Below the pieces are notes generated by a model. It saw only the letters and a program-made list of their open reading frames with translations. It ran no database searches and had not been told where the DNA came from. From NCBI GenBank assembly GCA_963729605.1, contig CAVSNY010000004.1, positions 128,001 through 192,000 of the forward strand: 64,000 nucleotides of DNA. The letters run 5' to 3'. A program made the position numbers and the translations under genes. This document shows positions 18,141 through 28,800 of the stretch, in pieces. The stretch is from an uncultured Gammaproteobacteria bacterium (GTDB lineage: Bacteria > Pseudomonadota > Gammaproteobacteria > DRLM01). Every line of letters starts with the position of its first letter. Position 1 is the stretch's first letter.

Positions 18141-21100
18141 ATGTTTTGCTCATTTCCCAATGCAGCAAACGGGCTCTGAGTGAAACCCGCCGCATCCTCG
18201 ATCAGTTCGCAGAACGCCGGGGTGATCGCACCTGGCAGACGCCTATCACCAGGGATGGGCTGCAAACCCTGCATAAAATGTTGCGCAAGACCGCGCGTAA
18301 AAACACCGCTGTCGCTTGTCATTGGATCAGAGGCAAAGACCACAGCGAATTGTTGTGGATCGTGGGTGATGCTACGCAATTCAATGCTCAAGGGGCCACG
18401 CCAACCAACACCACGCAGCGTGACGTGTTGCGCAGCCAGGATGAGAACGACTGGCACAGTGGCGAAGACATTCGTCTGATCGCCTCATTGGCGGGTCTAC
18501 TGCACGATCTGGGCAAGGCCAATGATGCCTTTCAAAAAAAGCTCAAAAGCAGAATTCCCTTAGCAGATGCCTATCGCCATGAATGGGTATCGCTACGACT
18601 GTTTGAAGCCTTTGTGGGCGGCAGCAGTGATGAAGCGTGGCTGCAACGCTTGGTTGAGCTGACACCGGAAAAAATGCCGGCCTGGTTAAATGAACTGAAG
18701 GGCGATGGCCTTGGTAAATCACAACAAGCAGGTCCGTTTAAAACCTTCAATAAAGCACCATTCGCAAGTCTCATAGGTTGGTTGATCGTCAGCCATCATC
18801 GTGTGCCGGCCCCGATAGGGAATGATCATCCTTCGTCGGAACAGCTTGGCGAACTGCCAAGAAGTATCGCTGCAAGTTGGTGTGGTGAACGAGAGGCAAA
18901 CGAACAAGAACGAGCGGCGTGTTGGTCGTTCAAAAAAGGCTTGCCCTTCGGCAGCAAGCATTGGTGTGAGCACGCCGGCAAACTTGCCAAAGTCATATTG
19001 CAACGCCCGCAGCTGCTTAACACCGACTGGTTTGAAAATCCTTACGTCGTACACCTCTCGCGCATGGCGCTGATGTTGGCGGACCATTACTACTCGGCGC
19101 AGGAGAGTCACAGCCGGTATGGCGACGCCGATTTTCCGCTGATGGCCAATACCCGCCTACGCGACGGCAATATTGCGGCTAATCAGCGCCTGGATGAGCA
19201 TCTGATCGGGGTGGAGGTCAACGCCAGTCGACTGATGCAAGCACTGCCGCGCATGGGTCGCCAGCTCCCCCGCATCGCCCGCCACAAAGGCTTTAGCCAG
19301 CGCAGCAAAATCCCCCGATTCCGCTGGCAGGATAAAGCCTTTGACCTGGCATCCGGCCTTCACAGCAAGAGCGGTGAACAGGGCTTCTTCGGCATCAATA
19401 TGGCCTCGACGGGGTGCGGTAAAACACTCGCCAATGGCCGCATCATGTACGGCTTGGCCGATCCTCAGCAGGGGGTGCGTTTCAATATCGCCCTGGGGCT
19501 GCGAACCCTCACGCTGCAAACCGGCGATGCCTATCGCACCCGTTTGGGCCTGGGGGATGAGGATATGGCCGTGCTCGTCGGTGGCGGCCCTGTCCGTGAA
19601 TTGTTCGAGAAACAGAAAGCGTTTGATCGACAGGAGAGCGCGCTCGCCCGGCGTGGAGCAGAATCCAGTGAAGGACTCATCCCGGAGAGTAATCACGTCC
19701 ATTTCGAAGGCAGCCTGGAGGATGGCCCGCTCAATAAATGGTTGGGCAGCAACCATGATGCGCAGAAACTGCTGAACGCGCCGATTCTCGCCTGCACCAT
19801 CGACCACCTGATGCCAGCCACCGAAAGCACCCGTGGCGGCCATCAGATTGCGCCCATGTTGCGATTGATGAGTTCAGATCTGGTTCTGGATGAGCCCGAT
19901 GATTTTGCCCTGGAAGATCTGCCCGCACTCACTCGGCTGGTGCATTGGGCCGGTATGTTAGGCAGCCGCGTGCTGCTCTCATCCGCCACGCTGCCGCCCG
20001 CATTGGTACAGGGCTTGTTCCAAGCCTATTTGGCAGGGCGCAGCGTCTATCAAAAGAATCGCGGTTTGCATGGATTGGCAATCAATGTTTGCTGCGCCTG
20101 GTTTGATGAATTCAACACGCAAAGCACTTTTTGTGACGCAGGGGACAATTATCTTCAGGCCCATTTACAGTTCGTAGAAAAGCGCCAGATCCAACTGGCC
20201 AACGCCGCACAGCAAGAGCAACGCCGCAAGGCAGTGATCAAGCCGCTGGAGATAGCCCCGGGGCAGACGCGGCCAGAGATCTGCAAAGCCTTGGCTGCCG
20301 AACTACATCAACACCTCCACGCGCTGCACGCGACTCACCACAGCCCCGACCCCGACACCGGCAAGCGCGTAAGTTTCGGCCTGATCCGCATGGCTAATAT
20401 CAATCCGCTGGTGCAGGTGGCTCAGGCGCTCTACACACTGGGCGGGCAGAACGATAGCCATATTCATCTCTGTGTCTACCACGCGCAGCATCCACTCCTG
20501 GTGCGCTCCGCCATTGAGAAGAGGCTGGATAAATTCCTTAACCGCAACGAAGGTCACGACATCTTTGCCGATGCCGAGCTGCGCCAGATACTGGACCACT
20601 CGGAGGAACAGAATCACCTCTTCGTCATCCTGGCGACCCAAGTCGCCGAAGTGGGCCGCGATCACGACTATGACTGGGCCATCGTCGAGCCCTCGTCCAT
20701 GCGCTCGATTATCCAATTGGCCGGGCGGGTGCGGCGCCATCGGCAAGGCACCGTGGACAATCCCAACGTCTACCTGTTGGATACCAACGTCCGGCATCTG
20801 GAGCATGGGCTGGGGAGTCCGGCATTCTGCCGTCCCGGTTTCGAAAACGATCACTTTAAATTGGAGAGTCATCGCCTCACTGACCTGCTGACGCCGGAGC
20901 AGTTGGCCGTCATCGACGCCAGCAGCCGCATTCGTGAGCGCGAACCATTAAACCCAAAACAGAATCTCGTGGATTTGGAGCACGCCAGTTTGCGCGATTT
21001 AATGTTAGGCGCGAACGAAGGACAGACGCAGGTACGTTCCGTAGTCACCCAGTGGTGGCAAACTCGAGTCAACCTCAGTGCCTATTTGCAAAGATGGGAT

Positions 21101-21427
21101 AAGCAACCGTTTCGTCATGACCCACAAGGCCGCCAGCGCTATGCCTTGTTGCTCGATGAGAATGGGCAGATTGAGTTTTGTCAGTACCTGCCCAATGGCG
21201 TGGTTAATCTCGTGAATGATCTTTTGCACCACGTGGAGCTCACGCAAGGCCCTCGCATCAGCTTTTGGGGGGCGCCTGATTACTTGGCGGCGGTGAGTGA
21301 GCTGGCGGCGCTTCTCGATGAGGACGAGGCAGCGTGCGCCCGGCGCTATGGCTACGTTGATCTGCCGGAGGATAAGAATGGAAAGGGGTGGAGTTACCAT
21401 GAGGCGTTGGGGTTTAGCGGGTGTTGA
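18137..21427 (+). CDS. cas3: Type I-F Cas2-Cas3 fusion nuclease/helicase
   Basis: N-terminal Cas2 (MNVLLISQCSKRAL..RKNTAVACHW), HD domain (LLHDLGKAN, RHEWVS, LADH), Walker A ASTGCGKT, DEPD, QLAGRVRRHR. Confidence 0.98.
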   Translation: MNVLLISQCSKRALSETRRILDQFAERRGDRTWQTPITRDGLQTLHKMLRKTARKNTAVACHWIRGKDHSELLWIVGDATQFNAQGATPTNTTQRDVLRSQDENDWHSGEDIRLIASLAGLLHDLGKANDAFQKKLKSRIPLADAYRHEWVSLRLFEAFVGGSSDEAWLQRLVELTPEKMPAWLNELKGDGLGKSQQAGPFKTFNKAPFASLIGWLIVSHHRVPAPIGNDHPSSEQLGELPRSIAASWCGEREANEQERAACWSFKKGLPFGSKHWCEHAGKLAKVILQRPQLLNTDWFENPYVVHLSRMALMLADHYYSAQESHSRYGDADFPLMANTRLRDGNIAANQRLDEHLIGVEVNASRLMQALPRMGRQLPRIARHKGFSQRSKIPRFRWQDKAFDLASGLHSKSGEQGFFGINMASTGCGKTLANGRIMYGLADPQQGVRFNIALGLRTLTLQTGDAYRTRLGLGDEDMAVLVGGGPVRELFEKQKAFDRQESALARRGAESSEGLIPESNHVHFEGSLEDGPLNKWLGSNHDAQKLLNAPILACTIDHLMPATESTRGGHQIAPMLRLMSSDLVLDEPDDFALEDLPALTRLVHWAGMLGSRVLLSSATLPPALVQGLFQAYLAGRSVYQKNRGLHGLAINVCCAWFDEFNTQSTFCDAGDNYLQAHLQFVEKRQIQLANAAQQEQRRKAVIKPLEIAPGQTRPEICKALAAELHQHLHALHATHHSPDPDTGKRVSFGLIRMANINPLVQVAQALYTLGGQNDSHIHLCVYHAQHPLLVRSAIEKRLDKFLNRNEGHDIFADAELRQILDHSEEQNHLFVILATQVAEVGRDHDYDWAIVEPSSMRSIIQLAGRVRRHRQGTVDNPNVYLLDTNVRHLEHGLGSPAFCRPGFENDHFKLESHRLTDLLTPEQLAVIDASSRIREREPLNPKQNLVDLEHASLRDLMLGANEGQTQVRSVVTQWWQTRVNLSAYLQRWDKQPFRHDPQGRQRYALLLDENGQIEFCQYLPNGVVNLVNDLLHHVELTQGPRISFWGAPDYLAAVSELAALLDEDEAACARRYGYVDLPEDKNGKGWSYHEALGFSGC

Positions 21428-21428
21428 T

Positions 21429-21460
21429 AAAAAAAGCCGGGGAAGTGGTTTGCCCCCTGG
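21429..21460 (-). terminator. Putative intrinsic terminator for the antisense crRNA-like transcript
   Basis: Minus strand reads CCAGGGGG..TCCCCGG (imperfect GC stem) then CTTTTTTT, 11 nt downstream of the second degenerate repeat. Confidence 0.5.
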
Positions 21461-21471
21461 TGAGCGGTGGT

Positions 21472-21539
21472 CTGCCTATGCGGCAGTGAATGTGAAATTT
21501 AAGTATTACTATTTCTAAGCTGCCTTTTCGGCAGGGACT
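21472..21539 (-). ncRNA. crRNA-like regulatory mini-array (degenerate repeat, 20-nt spacer, truncated repeat)
   Basis: Minus strand: AGTCCCTGCCGAAAAGGCAGCTTAGAAA / TAGTAATACTTAAATTTCAC / ATTCACTGCCGCATAGGCAG. Both repeats keep the CTGCC-N5-GGCAG Cas6f hairpin and the first keeps the CTTAGAAA handle. Confidence 0.85.
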
Positions 21540-21590
21540 AGATGTGGCGGTGCAAAGTATATTTTGTGCTGAGAAGTGTTGCTAGGAGTA

Positions 21591-21612
21591 TTTAAATTTA
21601 AGAAATACTAGG
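21591..21612 (-). promoter_or_regulatory. Predicted Cascade target of the mini-array spacer, with CC PAM
   Basis: Minus strand CC-TAGTATTTCTTAAATTTAAA is 16/20 identical to the spacer, with mismatches at positions 6, 8, 18 and 20. Confidence 0.8.
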
Positions 21613-21641
21613 TTGACAAGTGAAGTTCTGCTTCCTATTCT
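21613..21641 (+). promoter_or_regulatory. Sigma70-type promoter of the cas8f-cas5f-cas7f-cas6f operon
   Basis: TTGACA-N17-TATTCT, about 155 nt upstream of the cas8f ATG. Confidence 0.75.
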
Positions 21642-21796
21642 TTGAAACGACCTACACCGCAAGATTGCGCGATAAAGGGGCGTATCACTGTCTGGCAGAT
21701 GTCGTGTCAGAGAATAAGCAGTTGATCCGGAGTGCGTTGCTTCGGGCAAGTCATATCAAATGGACTCTTGATGGCACATATTTAGGAGACGCATTT

Positions 21797-23110
21797 ATGC
21801 CCCTTGTGAATAGTGAAGTGCCCGATGCGGAGAAGATCCGGGCGGTAATTGGTGTCTTTCTTCAAGAACGCCTCCAGCCCAAACTGGATAAGCTCAAAGA
21901 GGGTGAGGAGGAAAAGCGCCAGGAGCTGGTCGGGGCATATCTGCCAGAGACCTGGATTGCCGATGCTGCCCGGCGCGTTGGGCAGATTCAGCAGGTAACT
22001 CATGCGCTCAAATATATCCACTCTGATGCCAAAGGCACCAACCTGAGTGTCTTGGGTAATCCGCAGTCGGGAGAGTTGCTTGTCGGCACCCATACCGCAC
22101 CTGAACAATGCCCGCCCGATGTGGTGGGCAATGCGGCAGCGCTGGATGTTTATAAATTTCTGCGGCTGGAGGTGGATGGAAAAAACCTGCTCGCCAGGGC
22201 TGCCGGAAATGATCCAGCGATGCAGGCTGCTTTGTCCGCCAATAGCGAACTTGCTTCAGCATGGATGGAGAGCTTCGCCAAGCTTGCCGAAAATTCAGGA
22301 ACGCCTGCTTCGCATAAATTGGCCAAGCAACTCTATTGGCCGGTAGGCGATGGGCAATATCATCTGTTGTCCCCGTTGTTTCCCACCTCTCTGGTGCATC
22401 ATGTCTGGAGCACCGTCCGCGAAGACCGCTTTTCAGAAGCAGCCAAGGCGGCGCGTGATGCCCGGCGCAACGATCAAGCGCATCCCCACGGTTATCGTGA
22501 ATATCCCAACATGGTTATCCAGCAGTTCGGGGGAACCAAGCCCCAAAATATCAGCCAGCTGAATAGTGAACGCTACGGCGAAAACTATCTGCTCCGTTCG
22601 GTTCCACCGAACTGGCAGTCTGATCAGATTAAGCCGCCCTTGCGCGTAGAGAGCGTATTCGATGGCTGGTTTGGCCGCCGTCTTCGCGTGAAGGAACTGA
22701 TGCGCATCCTGCGTGAGTTTCTCTATAGCGTGCAGGATGTCAACAACATGCATATTCGCAACAAGCGCATCGAACTGGTGGGTTATATCGTCGATGAGAT
22801 GCTGTCATTCGCGGCGGAGCTGCGCGACATCGAAGAGAGCTGGACGCTACAGAAGGAGTGCAGGCTCAACATCAATGAGCAGTGTTGGTTCAATCCTTAT
22901 CGAACTCATGAGGATGAAGAGTTCCGGAAAACGTATGTCTGGGGTGATTGGAAAGAGGCGGTGTGTAAACGCTTTGCCAATTGGTTGAATGCGGGACTGA
23001 GGGATCCCAAGAATCCGTTGCCGTTTGGCGATGCAGCTGCGGATCAATGGCAATCGGATTTAGATAAGGCGCTACGTATGCTGCATCTGGAGGTGGCGAG
23101 TTATGAATAA
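21797..23110 (+). CDS. csy1: Type I-F Cas8f (Csy1)
   Basis: AGGAG RBS before MPLVNSE; THALKYIHSDAKG, DVVGNAAALDV, AKQLYWP, GGTKPQNISQLNSER. Confidence 0.96.
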   Translation: MPLVNSEVPDAEKIRAVIGVFLQERLQPKLDKLKEGEEEKRQELVGAYLPETWIADAARRVGQIQQVTHALKYIHSDAKGTNLSVLGNPQSGELLVGTHTAPEQCPPDVVGNAAALDVYKFLRLEVDGKNLLARAAGNDPAMQAALSANSELASAWMESFAKLAENSGTPASHKLAKQLYWPVGDGQYHLLSPLFPTSLVHHVWSTVREDRFSEAAKAARDARRNDQAHPHGYREYPNMVIQQFGGTKPQNISQLNSERYGENYLLRSVPPNWQSDQIKPPLRVESVFDGWFGRRLRVKELMRILREFLYSVQDVNNMHIRNKRIELVGYIVDEMLSFAAELRDIEESWTLQKECRLNINEQCWFNPYRTHEDEEFRKTYVWGDWKEAVCKRFANWLNAGLRDPKNPLPFGDAAADQWQSDLDKALRMLHLEVASYE

Positions 23111-24062
23111 TCCCAATGCCGTCATTCTTCTTCCGCGTTTACAGGTGCAAAACGCCAACGCCATTTCCGGCCCGCTGACCTGGGGATTTCCGCCGCCCAC
23201 CGCCTTCGCTGGATTCATGCACGCCATGCAGCGCAAGGTGGCTGACGAACTCGCGCTGAGCTTCGAGGGGGTGGGTGTGGTCTGCCACCGTTTTGAGCCG
23301 CAGGTCAGCCGCCCCGCCGGTAAATACACTCAGGTATTTAATCTTACCCGTAATCCTTTGACAAAGGAGGGCGACACCGCCGCCATTGTGGAAGAGGGAC
23401 GTGCCCACATGGAGATAAGTCTGCTCATCTCTATTCGAGGCCGTATTGATAGTGATGAAATTGAATTTGTCGCCCAACGCTTAATGAGCGCTGCACATAC
23501 CATGCGTTTGGCTGGTGGAAGTATCCTGCCGCAACGGCAGGGGAATCGTTATAGACCGCAGCTTCTTACCCTGCCGCCAAGCGAGGTGGAACGCGATACC
23601 CTCTTCCGCAAATTAAAGCGGCGCTTGCTGCCTGGATTTGCACTGGTGCAGCGTGAAGATCGCTTGGCGGACCATTTGCGTGAAATGCGAGCGAGCAATG
23701 CCGAAGCGCATGCCCTGGATGCGTTGCTCGATCTCACGCGGTTGAATTATGAACCGCCCAATCCCGACAAACTAGAAGAGAGCCAATGGCGTATCCGTTC
23801 GCGCCCTGGTTGGCTGGTTCCAATTCCGGTTGGTTATGCAGCCATATCGCCGCTCTATCAACCGGGTGATGTGACCAATGCTCGCGATGACGGTACGCCA
23901 TTCCGGTTTGTCGAAAGCGTCTACTCATTGGGCGAGTGGGTGAGTCCGCACCGTTTGACTTCGTTGCAACAATTCTTATGGCATCACTATTCAGATGTAG
24001 AGCGTGGAGTTTATTACTGTGTGAATCACTATTCAAAACATCAACAACACAACGTCGTTTAA
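23103..24062 (+). CDS. csy2: Type I-F Cas5f (Csy2)
   Basis: [46 protein letters not shown]. Confidence 0.97.
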   Translation: MNNPNAVILLPRLQVQNANAISGPLTWGFPPPTAFAGFMHAMQRKVADELALSFEGVGVVCHRFEPQVSRPAGKYTQVFNLTRNPLTKEGDTAAIVEEGRAHMEISLLISIRGRIDSDEIEFVAQRLMSAAHTMRLAGGSILPQRQGNRYRPQLLTLPPSEVERDTLFRKLKRRLLPGFALVQREDRLADHLREMRASNAEAHALDALLDLTRLNYEPPNPDKLEESQWRIRSRPGWLVPIPVGYAAISPLYQPGDVTNARDDGTPFRFVESVYSLGEWVSPHRLTSLQQFLWHHYSDVERGVYYCVNHYSKHQQHNVV

Positions 24063-24073
24063 GGAGAGGCATC

Positions 24074-25102
24074 ATGGCAGAGATTAAAACCGCTTCCGTA
24101 TTGGCATTCGAACGTAAACTCGACCCCTCCGACGCGCTCTTTAGCGCAGGCCGTTGGGATGACAGGAGTAATGGTCATCAATGGCCAACGGTTGAGATTC
24201 GCCCAAAATCGGTGCGCGGCACCATATCAAACCGTCTTGCCACCAAGGACCAGGATCCGGCAAAACTGGATGCTTCTATTCAGGCCCCTAACCTGCAAAC
24301 AGTGGATGTGGCGACATTGCCTAATGACGCAGACACCCTGCGCGTCCGTTTTACACTCAAAGTGCTCGGTGGGGCTGGAAAACCCTCTGCATGTAACAGT
24401 ATGGAGTACCAACAACAATTACAGACTACCGTTAAACAGTATGTCGAGAGCCATGGTTTTTCTGAGTTGGCGCGTCGCTACGCTCATAACATCGCCAATG
24501 GCCGCTTCTTGTGGCGCAACCGTTTGGGTGCTGAGCAAGTGGTAGTGCAGGTCAACCATCTCCAGGAAGGCAGGAAGACCCAAGGCTGGCAATTCGACGC
24601 GCTGAAGTTTTCGCTCCGCGATTTTGAAATTCCCGCCTCCGCAAAAGCCGACTTCGAAGAGTTGGTGCGGGTGATCGAAAATGGTCTCCACGGAGAGGCG
24701 TTTGCGTTGCTGGAGATCATCGCTTACGCTCGCGTCGGCGACGGCCAGGAGGTCTATCCATCCCAAGAACTGATACTGGATCGCGGTGATAAAAAGGGCC
24801 AAAAAAGCAAGACCCTTTATCATGTAGATGATGTCGCTGGAATGCATAGCCAAAAAATCGGCAACGCGCTGCGCACCATCGACACCTGGTATGAAGATGT
24901 GGACGGCATCGGCCCCATCGCGGTGGAGCCCTATGGCTCGGTCACATCACAGGGAAAAGCTTATCGACAACCCAAACAAAAAATAGATTTTTATAACCTC
25001 CTCGATAATTGGGTACTCAAAGGTAAAACACCGGAACAAGGCCATCAGCACTATGTCATGGCGACGTTGATTCGCGGCGGCGTATTCGGCGAGAAGGACT
25101 GA
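24074..25102 (+). CDS. csy3: Type I-F Cas7f (Csy3)
   Basis: AGGAG RBS; [47 protein letters not shown]. Confidence 0.98.
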   Translation: MAEIKTASVLAFERKLDPSDALFSAGRWDDRSNGHQWPTVEIRPKSVRGTISNRLATKDQDPAKLDASIQAPNLQTVDVATLPNDADTLRVRFTLKVLGGAGKPSACNSMEYQQQLQTTVKQYVESHGFSELARRYAHNIANGRFLWRNRLGAEQVVVQVNHLQEGRKTQGWQFDALKFSLRDFEIPASAKADFEELVRVIENGLHGEAFALLEIIAYARVGDGQEVYPSQELILDRGDKKGQKSKTLYHVDDVAGMHSQKIGNALRTIDTWYEDVDGIGPIAVEPYGSVTSQGKAYRQPKQKIDFYNLLDNWVLKGKTPEQGHQHYVMATLIRGGVFGEKD

Positions 25103-25105
25103 GCC

Positions 25106-25672
25106 ATGGATCATTATCAAGACATACAGATACTCCCCGATCCGGAGTTCCAGACCCCTATGTTGATGAATGCCTTGTTCGCCAAACTACACCGAGCGTT
25201 GGTGCAGCTTGGCAGCACTGTCATTGGTGTCAGTTTTCCAAAAATGGATAATCAGAAACCAACTCTGGGAAGGCTGTTGCGCCTGCATGGAACCAAAGAG
25301 GCACTGCGGATACTGGGGGAACAACGCTGGTTGAATGGGATGAGAGATCATATAGAGGTTGATGAAGTGATGCCTGTTCCAACTGACGCGCAACATTGTC
25401 GAGTAAAAAGAGTGCAAGCCAAATCCAGTGCCGAACGGCTGCGGCGCCGCTACTGTAAACGCCATCAGGGGACGACCGAGCGGGATGCCATCGCAGTCAT
25501 TCCTGACGGTGTAGAGGAGCATCTTTCGCTGCCATACCTGCACATCAAGAGCGAAAGCACCGGACAAAGCTTTCGCCTGTTCATAGAACACCAAGCGCCC
25601 CAACCGCAAGCGACCAAGGGAGAATTCAACAGCTACGGGCTCAGCACTCAGGCAACAGTTCCCTGGTTTTGA
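25106..25672 (+). CDS. cas6f: Type I-F Cas6f (Csy4) crRNA endoribonuclease
   Basis: MDHYQDI..LFAKLHRAL (catalytic His), GVSFP, Arg-rich helix ERLRRR, FNSYGLS..TVPWF. Confidence 0.98.
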   Translation: MDHYQDIQILPDPEFQTPMLMNALFAKLHRALVQLGSTVIGVSFPKMDNQKPTLGRLLRLHGTKEALRILGEQRWLNGMRDHIEVDEVMPVPTDAQHCRVKRVQAKSSAERLRRRYCKRHQGTTERDAIAVIPDGVEEHLSLPYLHIKSESTGQSFRLFIEHQAPQPQATKGEFNSYGLSTQATVPWF

Positions 25673-25800
25673 CCCTTTTTTGGGGTGAACAATAGACATT
25701 AATAAAAACAAGCCATTGCGCGTGCCCTATAAAAAAGGGCACGCTTCTTTTTTGGGTTGACGCTCTTTAATAATTAGGTACTTGTAGCTTTTTTGGTGTA
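25673..25800 (+). promoter_or_regulatory. CRISPR leader
   Basis: AT-rich region with inverted motif CCCTTTTTT..AAAAAAGGG and two IHF-like sites (AAACAAGCCATTG at 25706-25718; AATTAGGTACTTG at 25772-25784), as expected of I-F leaders. Confidence 0.85.
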
Positions 25801-28800
25801 GTTCACTGCCGCGCAGGCAGCTTAGAAAATTGCGCGGCCAGCGGCGGCCGGGCCGGGATCGTTCACTGCCGCGCAGGCAGCTTAGAAAAACGGAGATACC
25901 GACCGGAAATTGATTTAATTGTTCACTGCCGCGCAGGCAGCTTAGAAATGAGGCGCTTTTCCTGCTACTGTTCCGACAACGTTCACTGCCGCGCAGGCAG
26001 CTTAGAAAACCACAATTACGGTGATTCCGCTGCAAGTCGTGTTCACTGCCGCGCAGGCAGCTTAGAAACGATGTATCGCGGATTCCTGATTAATGCGGAT
26101 GTTCACTGCCGCGCAGGCAGCTTAGAAACAGCCATCACCGCCACCACCACCAGCGCCATGTTCACTGCCGCGCAGGCAGCTTAGAAAACAACTTCGCTGC
26201 TTGCGTCGGACACGTATCAGTTCACTGCCGCGCAGGCAGCTTAGAAACAACAAATAGGCGAGTGAGCAAACCGCTAATAGGTTCACTGCCGCGCAGGCAG
26301 CTTAGAAATGGGCCGACGACCGGCGGAGATTGAAAAAGCTGTTCACTGCCGCGCAGGCAGCTTAGAAAGCCGAGGTACTCTTCAACGGTTATCGCATTGG
26401 GTTCACTGCCGCGCAGGCAGCTTAGAAAAAATTCCGCGATAAATGCCGATATTAATTCATGTTCACTGCCGCGCAGGCAGCTTAGAAAGCACGGCCGACC
26501 TTGACGCTCGGTAATAATACGTTCACTGCCGCGCAGGCAGCTTAGAAATTATATTTCAACAGCTTACCATCATATGCAAAGTTCACTGCCGCGCAGGCAG
26601 CTTAGAAATGGAAACGGGCGAACAAGCGCAGATGATCGTAGTTCACTGCCGCGCAGGCAGCTTAGAAATTTTGGTAACGGTAACATATCGGCGCAAATTC
26701 GTTCACTGCCGCGCAGGCAGCTTAGAAAGCCCACGGTGAACGGCACAATTAACCAAATTCGTTCACTGCCGCGCAGGCAGCTTAGAAAGAACGTCACGCG
26801 CTTTTTTGACCCTGAGAAAAGTTCACTGCCGCGCAGGCAGCTTAGAAATGCGGCAAATCGCCGCGATGAAGCGCGTATCGGTTCACTGCCGCGCAGGCAG
26901 CTTAGAAAAAGCCCCCACAAAAACGGCAGGGGGGCGCGATGTTCACTGCCGCGCAGGCAGCTTAGAAAATGTGCGCCAAAGCGGATGGTAAGGCCGAAAA
27001 GTTCACTGCCGCGCAGGCAGCTTAGAAAAGCATTACCGGATTCGTGCGCGCGTACTTGCTGTTCACTGCCGCGCAGGCAGCTTAGAAATAGAACGTTGGC
27101 GGCTGAAATGATAGTAACGCGTTCACTGCCGCGCAGGCAGCTTAGAAAACATCGCCGATTCGTTCGACGCTCTCCCCCAGGTTCACTGCCGCGCAGGCAG
27201 CTTAGAAAAATCGTCAGGAGCGGACAAAACACCATCGATTGTTCACTGCCGCGCAGGCAGCTTAGAAACCAGCGAGCAAGACGCCGTCAGGAACTGACAG
27301 GTTCACTGCCGCGCAGGCAGCTTAGAAAGTCGGCGTTGACGGCCTCGAGCGAGTGGAACAGTTCACTGCCGCGCAGGCAGCTTAGAAAAAAACCATCACC
27401 GACACCGGCGCGGGCGTCGAGTTCACTGCCGCGCAGGCAGCTTAGAAAGTAGTAATAGGGAGAAATTGCAGCATAAAAAGGTTCACTGCCGCGCAGGCAG
27501 CTTAGAAAAGCATTACCGGATTCGTGCGCGCGTACTTGCTGTTCACTGCCGCGCAGGCAGCTTAGAAAGCGCCCATATCGCCCGTGTAACGACCGCTTAA
27601 GTTCACTGCCGCGCAGGCAGCTTAGAAAGCCACCAACCCGCAGCGCATCACGCTCTTCAAGTTCACTGCCGCGCAGGCAGCTTAGAAAAGCTCAACGTTC
27701 ACCGCGACGCGGCGCACCGAGTTCACTGCCGCGCAGGCAGCTTAGAAATCGAATACCAGCGGCTACCGTTCGCCGCCACCGTTCACTGCCGCGCAGGCAG
27801 CTTAGAAATGCGGCAAATCGCCGCGATGAAACGCGTATCGGTTCACTGCCGCGCAGGCAGCTTAGAAAGCACAGCATAGCAGGGAGAAAAATTCCATTGG
27901 GTTCACTGCCGCGCAGGCAGCTTAGAAAACCACGGACAACGCGAGTTTTCATGAAAAAACGTTCACTGCCGCGCAGGCAGCTTAGAAATCCACCGACCGG
28001 CGTACAATTTGAGTCTTATGGTTCACTGCCGCGCAGGCAGCTTAGAAATTCCAGTGGGATGCCCAAACTCTTGAGGTCGAGTTCACTGCCGCGCAGGCAG
28101 CTTAGAAAACCACCCGAGGCGACGGCAGCTTCTAAATAATGTTCACTGCCGCGCAGGCAGCTTAGAAAAGGGTCACAACTGCTACGGCACCGACGATCTA
28201 GTTCACTGCCGCGCAGGCAGCTTAGAAAGACATGCTGCGGCCGTTGTTACTCGCCCTCGCGTTCACTGCCGCGCAGGCAGCTTAGAAAGGCACCACGCTG
28301 GCCGCATTCCGCCACACGTCGTTCACTGCCGCGCAGGCAGCTTAGAAAAAAATGCAAACACTGTGCAAATTTACCGCATTGTTCACTGCCGCGCAGGCAG
28401 CTTAGAAACACACCGTGGTGTTCGATGCGCCCAACGCCTTGTTCACTGCCGCGCAGGCAGCTTAGAAAAAGCCGGGCGCCACCATTCAGCTGGCCGTGGG
28501 GTTCACTGCCGCGCAGGCAGCTTAGAAAGCCATGTCGGCCAAAATTTCCGCCGCCTCTTCGTTCACTGCCGCGCAGGCAGCTTAGAAAAAACGCCGGCGA
28601 ATTGGTTTGGGTTGGAGCCAGTTCACTGCCGCGCAGGCAGCTTAGAAAATGTGCGCCAAAGCGGATGGTAAGGCCGAAAAGTTCACTGCCGCGCAGGCAG
28701 CTTAGAAAAATCACGTGGACAACCAAGGACGGAACGATATGTTCACTGCCGCGCAGGCAGCTTAGAAATGGCACACCAGGGAGGCCGGCAGCATTTCCTG

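Noticed and set aside
21620-21796. 59-aa N-terminal extension of Cas8f in the ORF track
   Set aside because: It overlaps the predicted promoter; the AGGAG RBS supports ATG 21797.
17160-25672. Possible Tn7-associated I-F3 (CAST) system
   Set aside because: cas1 and cas2-3 are present, cas8f and cas5f are separate genes, and no tniQ or tns genes are visible; this is canonical I-F1.
26129-26159. Spacer rich in CCACCA as a possible self-target of the TpsA Gly repeat
   Set aside because: Only low-complexity similarity with no contiguous match. I noticed no self-targeting array spacer in the window, but a by-eye check is not exhaustive.
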